Of a stretch of 64,000 nt of DNA, positions 40,560 to 50,478 are shown one piece after another. The stretch covers positions 32,001 to 96,000 of the forward strand of contig CBDFFH010000049.1 in assembly GCA_965246715.1 (NCBI GenBank), read 5' to 3'. Under the pieces are notes generated by a model. The model saw only the letters and a list, made by a program, of their open reading frames with translations, was not told the DNA's origin and made no database searches. Position numbers and translations under genes: made by a program. This stretch comes from Chamaesiphon sp. (GTDB taxonomy: Bacteria > Cyanobacteriota > Cyanobacteriia > Cyanobacteriales > Chamaesiphonaceae). The first letter of the stretch is position 1. Each line of letters begins with the position of its first letter.

Positions 40560-40772
40560 ATGTCAGATCCTAATTTCTTTGAACAAGCTGCTAACCTTGC
40601 CAAAAGTGTTGGCATCGATACTTCTGAAGTCATCGATAATGTCTCCAGCCACGTCCCTGGGGGAGAAACAGTCGCTCAAGTACTGAAAACTGGATTGAAT
40701 ATGGCAACCAGTCACGGATCTAGTGAAAATGAAGGTGAAGGTGAAAGCGATAATTCCGAGCAAGAAGCATAA
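40560..40772 (+). CDS. Small acidic hypothetical protein
   Basis: 70-aa ORF with AGGAG RBS and a downstream hairpin at 40837-40867. Confidence 0.7.
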   Translation: MSDPNFFEQAANLAKSVGIDTSEVIDNVSSHVPGGETVAQVLKTGLNMATSHGSSENEGEGESDNSEQEA

Positions 40773-41076
40773 TTATTGCCAATAAATAAGCTGCTAATTG
40801 CGATCGGCGATCGTTAATAAAATTTATTCAAATACCGACCCCATCATCCATCGGTCATGATGGGGTCAGTGTTAATGGATGAAAACCTATTTTCGGTTTC
40901 AGGATTTACAATTAAGTTTTTAATTTAATTCTGTAAATTTGCAATTTCAGATTTATACACAATTAGCTCCTAAAAGAAAAAATCATTGATTTCCATTGTG
41001 CTATGCGCTCTCATCGGTACCACCGACCCACGTTGAGTGAGGGATGATGGTCTTGAGACATGCGCGCCCAAAATCC

Positions 41077-41775
41077 TCAACCACCGATCTCCCGCATTAA
41101 TCTCTGGCGCATCCGTTCTGGCTCGCCGCGATCGACTAATTTACCCCGTTCGAGTAAAAATGCGCCATCGCAATAGTCTAATTCTTCCAAGCGATGAGTG
41201 ACCCAGAGGGCAGTTAATCCGCGACTTTTAACTAGATCTCGCACCTGAGCGACGAGATCTAGCTGGGCATCAGGGTCTAGCAGGGCTGTAGGCTCATCAA
41301 ATAAAATTACCTCTATTTGTCTGGCGATCGCGCCAGCAATGGCGACACGCTGCTTTTGACCGCCACTGAGGGCATAAATCGGCCGACGGACTAACTCGCT
41401 TAAATTGACAGCCGCAAGTGCTTCATTGACACGATGGTGGACTTGGGACATGCTAAGCTGCTCGGCAACCAAACCAAAAGCTACGTCAGCACCCACAGTC
41501 GGCATTACTAATTGGCGATCGGGATTTTGGAATACTATCCCCAATCCTCCCTGAATCCGAATACTTCCGACTTGAGGTGTTAGCAACCCTGCTAGCAACT
41601 GTAACAAGGTCGATTTTCCGCTGCCATTCGTACCCAGCAACATCCAAAATTCACCTCGCGGTACCGCCAGCGAACACCGATCCAAGACAAGTTTGCCCGG
41701 TTTCCAGGCAAATGAGAGATCTTCTACCTCGATCGCGGCTTGCCCTAAGGGTAAAGATTCGGTCATATCGGTCAA
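41077..41775 (-). CDS. ECF-type ABC ATPase (CbiO/EcfA-like)
   Basis: GTNGSGKS, FQNPD, DVAFG, LSGGQKQRVAIAG and DEPTALLD motifs. Confidence 0.9.
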   Translation of the reverse strand: MTDMTESLPLGQAAIEVEDLSFAWKPGKLVLDRCSLAVPRGEFWMLLGTNGSGKSTLLQLLAGLLTPQVGSIRIQGGLGIVFQNPDRQLVMPTVGADVAFGLVAEQLSMSQVHHRVNEALAAVNLSELVRRPIYALSGGQKQRVAIAGAIARQIEVILFDEPTALLDPDAQLDLVAQVRDLVKSRGLTALWVTHRLEELDYCDGAFLLERGKLVDRGEPERMRQRLMREIGG

Positions 41776-41930
41776 AATTACAAAATATCGATCCCGTTCT
41801 CGCTCATTCTATCTCGGTCGCCGCTCCCGTCCAACCCCTGCATGGCGATCGAGTCTAGCGGAAATTTTAGCTAATCCTCTCATCCCAGCGATCGACGGAT
41901 ATTGGCTAGCGGAATTGGGTGGATTCTATG

Positions 41931-42041
41931 TCAGGAATTATAATGATATCGACATGAAATAACGGTTAGGTATTCATTTGCGACAGCATAAACCAACCGA
42001 TTCGTATCATCAATGCGGCGCGATCGAAAGCCAGCAATTTG
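41931..42041 (-). pseudogene. Txe/YoeB toxin C-terminal remnant
   Basis: QIAGFRSRRIDDTNRLVYAVANEYLTVISCRYHYNS*, with no start codon and a stop three codons upstream. Confidence 0.8.
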
Positions 42042-42069
42042 ACCACCCTACATGACTAGCCACTAGCCA

Positions 42070-42834
42070 CTAACCCGTAAACTTCACCTTGATTGGCTCG
42101 ACGGTTTTAGCAATCTTATCGAGGGGTTGTTTGCGTTGTTTTCCAGAGAAGACGTTGACTTGATAGACGATCGCATTGGTGAGATCCAGCGCTGTCAACC
42201 AGCCGCTTTTGCGATGATAGGCACCAGTTTCGATGTCGATCCAGCCTGGGCCTTGGGCGATTTCGCCAGGACGCACGCCAGGTAAGGTAAAGGTAATCGT
42301 GTGCCCAGTGACGATCGTTTTGTCGGGGAAATAAGGGAATTGATTGCTCAAAAACTTTTCTCTAATCCAGCAAAACTGGTCGTTATTTTGGCGATCTAGG
42401 GACAGAAAGGGATCGACACCAGCATGGACTAAAAATATATCGCCTAAATCTAGATAAGGTGGTAGACTAGCAAACCAGTCGAGATCGTCTTGCGGAATCC
42501 CATTGTTACCATAACTGGCGAGTGTGGTATCGCCGCCAGAGGGCAACCAGTGCCGTAAGGCGATCTCATCGATATCACCATCATTAAAAGAAGCTAGCAA
42601 CATTACTTCATGATTGCCCATCAAGCACGGATAGCCTCGCTCCCGAATCCATTTGACTACCTCTGCACTCTTTGGCCCACGATCGATGACATCTCCCAAA
42701 AAATACACTCGATCGTCCACGCCGAGTTGACAAAAGTCAATTAATTTACATAAGCCATCAAAATGACCGTGTACATCACCAATTACAATTTGTCGGGGGT
42801 TGCTGCTATTCTTTTTGTGAAATAAATTAAACAT
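42070..42834 (-). CDS. Ser/Thr protein phosphatase (calcineurin-like metallophosphoesterase)
   Basis: GDVHG, GDVIDRG, GNHE, HAG and GHT motifs. Confidence 0.93.
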   Translation of the reverse strand: MFNLFHKKNSSNPRQIVIGDVHGHFDGLCKLIDFCQLGVDDRVYFLGDVIDRGPKSAEVVKWIRERGYPCLMGNHEVMLLASFNDGDIDEIALRHWLPSGGDTTLASYGNNGIPQDDLDWFASLPPYLDLGDIFLVHAGVDPFLSLDRQNNDQFCWIREKFLSNQFPYFPDKTIVTGHTITFTLPGVRPGEIAQGPGWIDIETGAYHRKSGWLTALDLTNAIVYQVNVFSGKQRKQPLDKIAKTVEPIKVKFTG

Positions 42835-43162
42835 AGAGTAGTAATTGCTGGACTCGAACGAGCGAGGTAAAACCGATCTTCCGGTAGTTGGTAGCGACTT
42901 GATATATACGCTGAAAGTTGGGGGCTTACTCAGTAAATTCTTCTTTTATTATAATTCCTCGATTCGATCGCAAAATTGAGAATTTAGACCGTGTTTCTTC
43001 ATTTTAATCCTAACGGGAAGGTGCTAGATGTAACGCTTGCAAATCTAATTATTTGTAATTAATGAAATCTAGCGAACATGTCGAGCTGAGACACCTAAAA
43101 TCGTTGCTAGATTCTAGCGATCGTAATATCTATATTCATGAATTTTTATTTGGGGCAAGCAA

Positions 43163-43762
43163 ATGACTGCTAGTGTACTACCGACAATGAATATTCTCTG
43201 CCAACAGACATCATTAGCATGGCTCGAACAGGCGTTAGGCAATTTGGATACGATTTTATTAGATCATTCCCATTGCGAGCGCAAAGCCGCCGGAACAGCA
43301 ATTAACTTGATGTTTCGTTACCCATCGTATCCTAAGCTGGTACGTCAACTAACAGCGATCGCAAGGGAAGAATTAGAACATTTCGATCTCGTCAATCAAA
43401 TCCTCGAACAGCGTGGGGTGCCGCTCGCACCACTAAATGCGCCACCTTATGCCAAAGGATTGATGAGTCAAATTCGCACTCAAGAACCAAATCGCTTGCT
43501 CGATTCCCTGGTGGTGAGCGGTCTAATTGAAGCCCGTTCTCACGAGCGATTGGGATTGCTCGGCACCCATCTCCCAGATCCTCAACTCGCGGCATTTTAT
43601 CGGAGCTTGATGGCATCGGAAGCGCGTCATTTCGGGTTCTATTGGCTATTAGCCGATACTTATTTCGATCGGGAGGTAGTACAGTCGCGATTGGGTGAAC
43701 TCGCGATCGTCGAAAGCGATTTGTTAGCAACGTTGTATCATCAACCACGAATTCATAGTTAA
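43163..43762 (+). CDS. miaE: tRNA-(ms2io6A)-hydroxylase, ferritin-like
   Basis: DHSHCERKAA, REELEHF, IEARSHER, SEARH and PRIHS motifs. Confidence 0.9.
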   Translation: MTASVLPTMNILCQQTSLAWLEQALGNLDTILLDHSHCERKAAGTAINLMFRYPSYPKLVRQLTAIAREELEHFDLVNQILEQRGVPLAPLNAPPYAKGLMSQIRTQEPNRLLDSLVVSGLIEARSHERLGLLGTHLPDPQLAAFYRSLMASEARHFGFYWLLADTYFDREVVQSRLGELAIVESDLLATLYHQPRIHS

Positions 43763-43791
43763 ATTATGAATTATGAACTGAGTTGTGAATC

Positions 43792-44286
43792 ATGAAGAAG
43801 ATCGCCCGCTATCAAGATTATCTCATCCGGCAGTGGCAATTTCAGGATCGTAGTGGTACTACCGCAATAATTGGCAATATCCTAGCCGAATATGGGTTGG
43901 ACTGGGAGCCAGATGGAGCCGATCGCGATGTGTTGGATATCGAGACATATTATTTCGATCGGGGCGGTGATTTTTGGGTGGTGGAAGATCGAGGTCAATT
44001 GATTGGGACGGGCGCATATTATCCATGTAATCGGGGTGAGAAGGCGGTAGAAATTCGGAAAATGTACTTATTGCCAACTGCTAGAGGACAGGGCTTAGGC
44101 AGGTATCTACTGGCGCAATTGGAGCGCGTTATTACCAAGAAAGGATATACCCAAATCTGGGTCGAAACTGCCAGCAGCCTCAAAGATGCCGTCAGGTTGT
44201 ACGAACTCAATGGTTATCAGCCAGCCACCGGAGTAGAGACACCCAGATGCGATCGGGTCTATGTCAAATCGATCGGCACTGAGTAA
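43792..44286 (+). CDS. GNAT-family N-acetyltransferase
   Basis: EIRKMYLLP.ARGQGLG and AVRLYE.NGY motifs. Confidence 0.9.
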   Translation: MKKIARYQDYLIRQWQFQDRSGTTAIIGNILAEYGLDWEPDGADRDVLDIETYYFDRGGDFWVVEDRGQLIGTGAYYPCNRGEKAVEIRKMYLLPTARGQGLGRYLLAQLERVITKKGYTQIWVETASSLKDAVRLYELNGYQPATGVETPRCDRVYVKSIGTE

Positions 44287-44366
44287 ATTTTTACTAGAAA
44301 CTCAGCCACCAGTGAAAATTTCGCCCGTCAACACTTGTTTATTTACGGCGATCCGACAGCAAATGA

Positions 44367-45119
44367 ATGCTCACAAGAAAAATCTTGAGAACCAAGCGCA
44401 GGCTCATAGCAGCGTTCGGGATATTTATCTTCTTGATATCGATTTGGGGCGCGTTATTTTATACTGGTATCCTTCAAATCAATCGCCCGACTCGACAACA
44501 ATTTCCCATCCAGGGCATCGATCTTTCCGAACATCAAGGCGAAATAGATTGGGCGAAGATCGATCGGCGTGAAGTTAATTTTGTATTTATCAAGGCGACA
44601 GAGGGCGGTGACTATCGCGATCTTCGATTCGATCGCAATTGGCTCAGAGCAAAGAATGCCAAGATCGATCGAGGTGCATATCATTTCTTTACATTTTGTA
44701 AGGCTGGTTCGTTACAAGCGCAAAATTTTAGCGATACCGTTCCTGTTAGTCAAGATATTTTACCGCCAGTCATCGATTTAGAGTTTAGTGGTAATTGTCA
44801 ACGCCGACCATCGCTAGCCGAGCTGAAGCAAGAATTAACCGATTATATTAGGCGGATTACTGCTGTATATCATCGGCAGCCGATTTTGTATGTTACGCAT
44901 GAATTCTACAATGCTTATCTCCAAAATGAATTTACCGATTATTCAATCTGGATTAGCGATTTTTATCGCCGGCCTAATTTCGATCGGGCCAACCGCCCAT
45001 GGCTGTTTTGGCAATATAGCGAACGTGGGCGGATAGCCGGGATAAACACCTTGGTAGATTTAAATGTGTTTTACGGCACTAGGGAGCAGTTTCGACAACT
45101 TTTGCAGCGGAGTGAATAA
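44367..45119 (+). CDS. Glycoside hydrolase family 25 lysozyme/muramidase, N-terminally anchored
   Basis: GIDLSEHQG, IKATEG, GAYHFF, IDLE, WQYS and VDLN motifs. Confidence 0.93.
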   Translation: MLTRKILRTKRRLIAAFGIFIFLISIWGALFYTGILQINRPTRQQFPIQGIDLSEHQGEIDWAKIDRREVNFVFIKATEGGDYRDLRFDRNWLRAKNAKIDRGAYHFFTFCKAGSLQAQNFSDTVPVSQDILPPVIDLEFSGNCQRRPSLAELKQELTDYIRRITAVYHRQPILYVTHEFYNAYLQNEFTDYSIWISDFYRRPNFDRANRPWLFWQYSERGRIAGINTLVDLNVFYGTREQFRQLLQRSE

Positions 45120-45343
45120 TTTACCATAATTACGATAAAGTAGATTGCTACTAGCTAGGCTTGCAACTTGGTAATACATCAAATGTGCGCCCGGTGGAAA
45201 ACCGATCTCCCCTGCTGAATTGGCCGGAGGTTGGTGGCAGATCCCTGGTAAAGCTTCAATCCTAAAAACCGATCGATCGCTGCTTAAATCGCTCGTCCAA
45301 ATGTCTTAGTCTCAGCCACATATCCTTACCCTAATCGAAATCG

Positions 45344-48300
45344 ATGATCCCGATCGCCCATTCGAGCAATCTCTGCCCCGATCTCAGGATTCAGATCGAC
45401 TGTCTCCACCAATTATTTGAAAGTCAAGCCGATACTCAGGCTCAGCATCCAGCAATTGTCTACCAGTCAACCGTACTCAATTATGGCGAAGTCGAAGCGC
45501 GCTCGAATCAATTGGCGCGCCTGCTCAGGCGACAAGGCGTCGAATGTGGCTCCAGGGTGGGATTATTGCTACCGCGATCGCCAGAATTATACATCGCGAT
45601 CTTAGCAATTCTCAAAGCAGGTGGGGCATACGTTCCACTAGATCCCGAGTATCCAGCCGATCGGATCGAGTATATTTTGGCCGACTGTGGGATCCAAACG
45701 ATCGTCACTACCACTGCGCTGGCTGAGGATAAAGATCTTCAAGTCCCAAATATCGTTTGTGTCGCGCGCGCACAAGCAAAACTAACATTAGAATCAGCTG
45801 ATAGACTCACTCATGATGAAGTGCCCATCAGCGATCGCGACTTGAGCTATGTTATCTATACATCCGGCTCCACAGGTAGACCCAAGGGGGTGGAGATCGA
45901 GCACCGCAGTAGCGTTAATTACATTCAGGTTGTCAATCGCGAAGTTTATCATGTGAACCCTACCGATCGCGTTTATCAGGGATTTTCGATCGCCTTTGAT
46001 GCGTCGGTAGAGGAGGTCTGGTGTGCCTTTGCGGCGGGTGCGGCGTTAGTAGTCGGATCGATCGAGCAAGTCCGTTCGGGTGTGGATTTAGCCCACTTTC
46101 TTGCCGAGCAGCAAGTGACAGTATTATCTTGCGTACCGACGCTGTTGGCGATGATGGAGGTGGAAGTGCCGACCATTCGGTTGTTGATTTTGGGTGGGGA
46201 GCAATGTCCCCAGGAATTGGCGACGCGCTGGTGTAATGACAAACGGCGGGTAATTAATACTTATGGGCCGACTGAGGCTACTGTCGTCAGTACCTGGCAC
46301 GAATGTCATCCCGATCGCACCATCACGATCGGCAAACCGTTACCAACATACCAAGTTTATCTGCTCGATGAGACATTAGAACCTGTCGCACCTGGAGTCG
46401 AGGGCGAAATTCATATCGGTGGGATCTGTCTGGCACGGGGTTATGTCAATCGTCCCGATTTGACGGCGGAGAAATTTATCCCCAACCCATTTACCTTCGA
46501 TCCCGATACCTCTGACAAGTTGTATAAAACGGGCGATTTAGGCAGTTGGACGGCTGATGGTGAAATTCAGTTTCTCGGACGGATCGACGGACAGGTAAAA
46601 TTACGTGGCTTTCGGATCGAGCTAGCAGAAATCGAATCGGTTATCATGCAGTGTCCGGGGGTAAGTGCGGCGGTAGTGGCGGTTAAGGCGGTAGTTGAAG
46701 TCGATCGATTGATTGCTTATCTCGTGCCGCGTCAGGAGGCCATCCTAGATCTGACCGAAATCTGGGAGACGATGCGATCGCGGTTACCCGTTTATATGGT
46801 ACCTGCGAGTATCGAAATTTTAGATAGCTTACCCACCTTACCGAGCGGGAAAGTCGATCGCAAAAATCTGCCCGCACCTGTAAATTTTGGGGCTAATTTA
46901 CACCAGAAAACCACGGGAACTCCGCCGAGTAATCCCGTCGAGCGAGCGATCGCTGATACCTGGGAATCGATCTTTGGGATCGCCGGGATTTCGATCGACA
47001 ATGACTTTTTTAGCGAACTCGGCGGACATTCATTACTCGCCGCGATCGTCGTCTCTAAATTACGCGAAACTCCGCAATTTCAAGATCTCGCGGTCGTTGA
47101 TATTTACCAATATCCGACCATTGCCAAATTAGCTACAGCATTGAGCCAGCGCTGGCAAGATCGAGCGCTCGATCTTGCTCGCTCGAAAGCGATGGGTAGC
47201 TCAAAATCAGAGCTAGCACATATTTCACCCACTCGATCGATTACTGCCAAACTTAAAGCCGTTAATACGCTCTGGGCGAGTATCGGCGTGTATCTCATGT
47301 ACGTTATTTACAGTCTCCCGCTGCTAATTCCTGGCTTTGTTTACTACTCACTTACTGATGATAATGATACTTTTAGTCGCATTGGTGCGGGGGCGATCTC
47401 TGGTGCCCTAGTGATTGCGATGTATCCTACTTTGATCTTGCTGAGTATTGGCATTAAGTGGTTGGTTATCGGTCGCTTTAAACCAGGTAAATATCCACTG
47501 TGGAGTGCTTATTATTGGCGATTTTGGTTCGTGCAGCAGGTGCAATCTTTCGTGCCGATCGTGTTACTAACTGGTTCGCCATTATTAAATTGGTACTATC
47601 GGTTGATGGGTGCAAAAATTGGCAAAGATGTTTATTTAGCTACCACTGAATTATTAACCTTCGATACGATCGAGCTGGGTGCGCGGACGAGCATCGGTAA
47701 CGATAGCCGCCTGTTAGGTTATGAGATTATCGATGGCTGGCTCAAAATCGGGCGGATTACCACTGGGGAGGATTGCTGTGTTGGTACCAATTCATCGTTG
47801 GGATTAAATAGTCACCTGGCAGATGGTGCCCAATTAGGCGATTTATCCTATCTGCCCGACAATGGCACCATCTCCGCAGCAGCAGCTTGGGTTGGCTCTC
47901 CTGCGCGGTTGCAACTCGCAACTAATAATTATGAGTTCCCAGCACATCCTGCCCCTCAGGGCCTATCATTTTTAGCATATTTAGGTTATTTCCTTGGGTC
48001 GATCGGTCAATTACTAGTACCAGCGATCGCGGCGATTCCTGGCTTTCTGCTGTGGTGTAAATTAGTTGGTACAACACATTGGTATGTATGGGTGTTACCT
48101 TGTGCGGTAGTCGGCAGTGTGTCATTCACTGGGGTATTTTGTTTGCAGGTAGTCATCCTCAAACAATTACTTACTGGAAAAGTGCGCCCTGGTATCTATC
48201 GATTACATGGTAGTTTTGGCGTGCGACACTGGTTTATCGATCGATTGATGGCGATGAGCTTGGAAATGGTGCCGACGTTGTATTCTACGCTGTATTTGCT

Positions 48301-49390
48301 ACCTTGGTTGCGGCTGTTGGGTGCCAAGATCGGTGCGAGGGCAGAAATCTCTACCGCTAGTCATATTACGCCAGATTTACTCTCGATCGGCTCGGAGAGC
48401 TTTATTGCCGATACGGTATCGCTCGGTGCCAGCCAAGTCAAGCATGGTTGGCTGCGGCTGGCGCACACGCAAATCGGCAGCCAAGCTTTCGTCGGGAATG
48501 GTGCGCTGGTGCCTGGGAACGGCTATGTTGCCGATAACTGTCTGATCGGCTGTATGTCAGTACCGCCAACCGATCGGGATTTAATGCAGCCGGATAGCGC
48601 CTGGATGGGTTCGCCAGCGATCTATATTCCCCACCGTCAGATCGTCGATGAATATACCGCTGCCGAAACCTACAAACCCGGGCGTAATCTGTATTGGCAG
48701 CGATTGGCACTAGAGTTTTGCCGCGTCACGATACCTGGCAGCATTCACTTTATCGTCTTGTTGGGAATGGAAGTGACGATGCTCAATTTACCCGACTATT
48801 TAGAGCTATTCAACCTACCCAATTATTTACATTTTTTGCTGGTGAGCGCGATTTTTCCGCTGATTTACGGTGCGGCATCGATCGGTTCGACGCTATTTGT
48901 CATCGCCCTCAAATGGTTGGTTGTCGGACGGTACAAACCAGGTACGATCCCATTATGGAGCAACTTTGTCTGGCGGACGGAGTTTATCACGGGCTTGTAT
49001 GAATCGATGGTGGTAGCGGGCTGTCTTGGGTTCTTTCTGGGTACTCCCTTTGCCTCGATTATCCTGCGCTTACTGGGAATGCGTGTCGGCAAAGGGGTCT
49101 ATATCGATACTACCGATTTTACGGAATTCGACCTAATCTCGATCGGGGATAATGTCATCCTCAACCATAACTGTACCCTCCAAACTCACCTATTTGAAGA
49201 CCGCGTGATGAAAATGGAGCGGGTGCGCTTGGATCGGGGTTGTCAACTGGGCACAACGGCAGTAGTTTTATATGATTCGCTGTTAGAATCGGATGTCTTA
49301 CTCCATCCGATGTCGCTAATTATGAAGGGCGAACGCGTCCCTGCCGCGACAGATTGGCAAGGAATTCCCGCTAGCCGCGTCTATATTTAG
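45344..49390 (+). CDS. Pls/PosA-family single-module membrane NRPS (A-T-TM plus three beta-helix-like C domains)
   Basis: A-domain motifs YTSGSTGRPKG, YGPTE, YKTGD, SGKVDRK; carrier motif LGGHSL; three repeats of a TM pair plus MGAKIG...W.G.PA; QTHLFEDRVMK. Confidence 0.93.
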   Translation: MIPIAHSSNLCPDLRIQIDCLHQLFESQADTQAQHPAIVYQSTVLNYGEVEARSNQLARLLRRQGVECGSRVGLLLPRSPELYIAILAILKAGGAYVPLDPEYPADRIEYILADCGIQTIVTTTALAEDKDLQVPNIVCVARAQAKLTLESADRLTHDEVPISDRDLSYVIYTSGSTGRPKGVEIEHRSSVNYIQVVNREVYHVNPTDRVYQGFSIAFDASVEEVWCAFAAGAALVVGSIEQVRSGVDLAHFLAEQQVTVLSCVPTLLAMMEVEVPTIRLLILGGEQCPQELATRWCNDKRRVINTYGPTEATVVSTWHECHPDRTITIGKPLPTYQVYLLDETLEPVAPGVEGEIHIGGICLARGYVNRPDLTAEKFIPNPFTFDPDTSDKLYKTGDLGSWTADGEIQFLGRIDGQVKLRGFRIELAEIESVIMQCPGVSAAVVAVKAVVEVDRLIAYLVPRQEAILDLTEIWETMRSRLPVYMVPASIEILDSLPTLPSGKVDRKNLPAPVNFGANLHQKTTGTPPSNPVERAIADTWESIFGIAGISIDNDFFSELGGHSLLAAIVVSKLRETPQFQDLAVVDIYQYPTIAKLATALSQRWQDRALDLARSKAMGSSKSELAHISPTRSITAKLKAVNTLWASIGVYLMYVIYSLPLLIPGFVYYSLTDDNDTFSRIGAGAISGALVIAMYPTLILLSIGIKWLVIGRFKPGKYPLWSAYYWRFWFVQQVQSFVPIVLLTGSPLLNWYYRLMGAKIGKDVYLATTELLTFDTIELGARTSIGNDSRLLGYEIIDGWLKIGRITTGEDCCVGTNSSLGLNSHLADGAQLGDLSYLPDNGTISAAAAWVGSPARLQLATNNYEFPAHPAPQGLSFLAYLGYFLGSIGQLLVPAIAAIPGFLLWCKLVGTTHWYVWVLPCAVVGSVSFTGVFCLQVVILKQLLTGKVRPGIYRLHGSFGVRHWFIDRLMAMSLEMVPTLYSTLYLLPWLRLLGAKIGARAEISTASHITPDLLSIGSESFIADTVSLGASQVKHGWLRLAHTQIGSQAFVGNGALVPGNGYVADNCLIGCMSVPPTDRDLMQPDSAWMGSPAIYIPHRQIVDEYTAAETYKPGRNLYWQRLALEFCRVTIPGSIHFIVLLGMEVTMLNLPDYLELFNLPNYLHFLLVSAIFPLIYGAASIGSTLFVIALKWLVVGRYKPGTIPLWSNFVWRTEFITGLYESMVVAGCLGFFLGTPFASIILRLLGMRVGKGVYIDTTDFTEFDLISIGDNVILNHNCTLQTHLFEDRVMKMERVRLDRGCQLGTTAVVLYDSLLESDVLLHPMSLIMKGERVPAATDWQGIPASRVYI

Positions 49391-49599
49391 AGTAGAAGCT
49401 TTGACATTACTAGAGTTGCGGGGATCGGTCGCACCACTTCGGTTTGGATGTGGAACTCAATCGGCAGGAATTAAGTCAATTTGTTTCTAACCGAACAAAA
49501 ATCTGGCTAAATTTGGCTAAAATTGAAATGTACGATGTTTAAGTAAGGAACCAACCTCAATCCCCAACAACTACGTTATTCAACCAGGAGTGCCAAGCT

Positions 49600-49863
49600 T
49601 TGAAAACAACCAAATTTAAGAAATTACTCTTAGTTGGCCTGGGAAATATAGTATCTGGGATATTTTTTGGGGCTGGCTGCATTATGATCGAACATGCAGA
49701 CAATACTTGGTGGCACGCTGAAAAAGATACATCGACGCAAGATGAAGTCGCCGCTGCTGATGAAGATACCCCCAGCAACACTCCTGTAGGGTTGACTACG
49801 GTTAAAGCAACGAAGAATGACAGCACTGCTCCAAAGATCGCCAACCGCAACCCGATTAAATAG
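49600..49863 (+). CDS. Small hypothetical membrane-anchored protein
   Basis: TTG start with AGGAG RBS, one hydrophobic helix and a polar tail. Confidence 0.55.
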   Translation: MKTTKFKKLLLVGLGNIVSGIFFGAGCIMIEHADNTWWHAEKDTSTQDEVAAADEDTPSNTPVGLTTVKATKNDSTAPKIANRNPIK

Positions 49864-50020
49864 CCCGATCGAGCGATAATTGTGAGATCTGGCGGAAAAT
49901 ATTAACGATGAGCGATGGGGGTAACTTAAATCGTTATAGTAAGATTATGTTGCTCGATCGGTTGCCGCGATCGAGCGCCGCTCCAACCGCTGTGAGAGAA
50001 TCGTTAGTAGAAATTCGATC

Positions 50021-50362
50021 GTGAATAAAATTATTTCAGTACCAGCTAGCTCGATTGTCAACTTGTCAACTACGGCCGAGAAAAGTCTGATTGAAGCTCA
50101 GCGGATGCAGGATGTATTGACACTGTTAAATAGTTTGACAGGACGAGAAGAGGCTACGATTAAATTAATTATCGATTGTTTGTATGATGTCGGATATGTC
50201 AATGCGATCGACAAAAAGATTCGCCTAAAACCACTTAATTCTGTGGCAAAATTGGTGGCGAGAAAGTCTAAGCCCGTAGTGCGAATCGTTGCTTGGCGAT
50301 GGTTTAAGAAAAATTGCCCGACATTAATCGTTCGGTGGTTATACGGAAAGGTAAAGTTTTAG
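50021..50362 (+). CDS. Conserved cyanobacterial hypothetical protein
   Basis: REEATIKLIIDCLYDVG.VN...AWRWFKKNCP.LI..WL..KVKF pattern. Confidence 0.8.
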   Translation: MNKIISVPASSIVNLSTTAEKSLIEAQRMQDVLTLLNSLTGREEATIKLIIDCLYDVGYVNAIDKKIRLKPLNSVAKLVARKSKPVVRIVAWRWFKKNCPTLIVRWLYGKVKF

Positions 50363-50374
50363 AAGATAGAAAAC

Positions 50375-50468
50375 GGCATTGCTGAATTTAGGAATGATTT
50401 ATTTTAGGGGTAAACTCAAAAATTGAGGTAGGGACAATTCATGAATTGCCCCTACCTCAATTTTTGAG
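50375..50468. repeat. Second copy of the GTAGGGGCAATTCATGAATTGCCCCTAC palindromic element
   Basis: GGCATTGCTGAATTTAGG lead-in, then a 54-bp near-perfect palindrome at 50415-50468 between convergent genes. Confidence 0.85.
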
Positions 50469-50478
50469 CTAATTTCAA

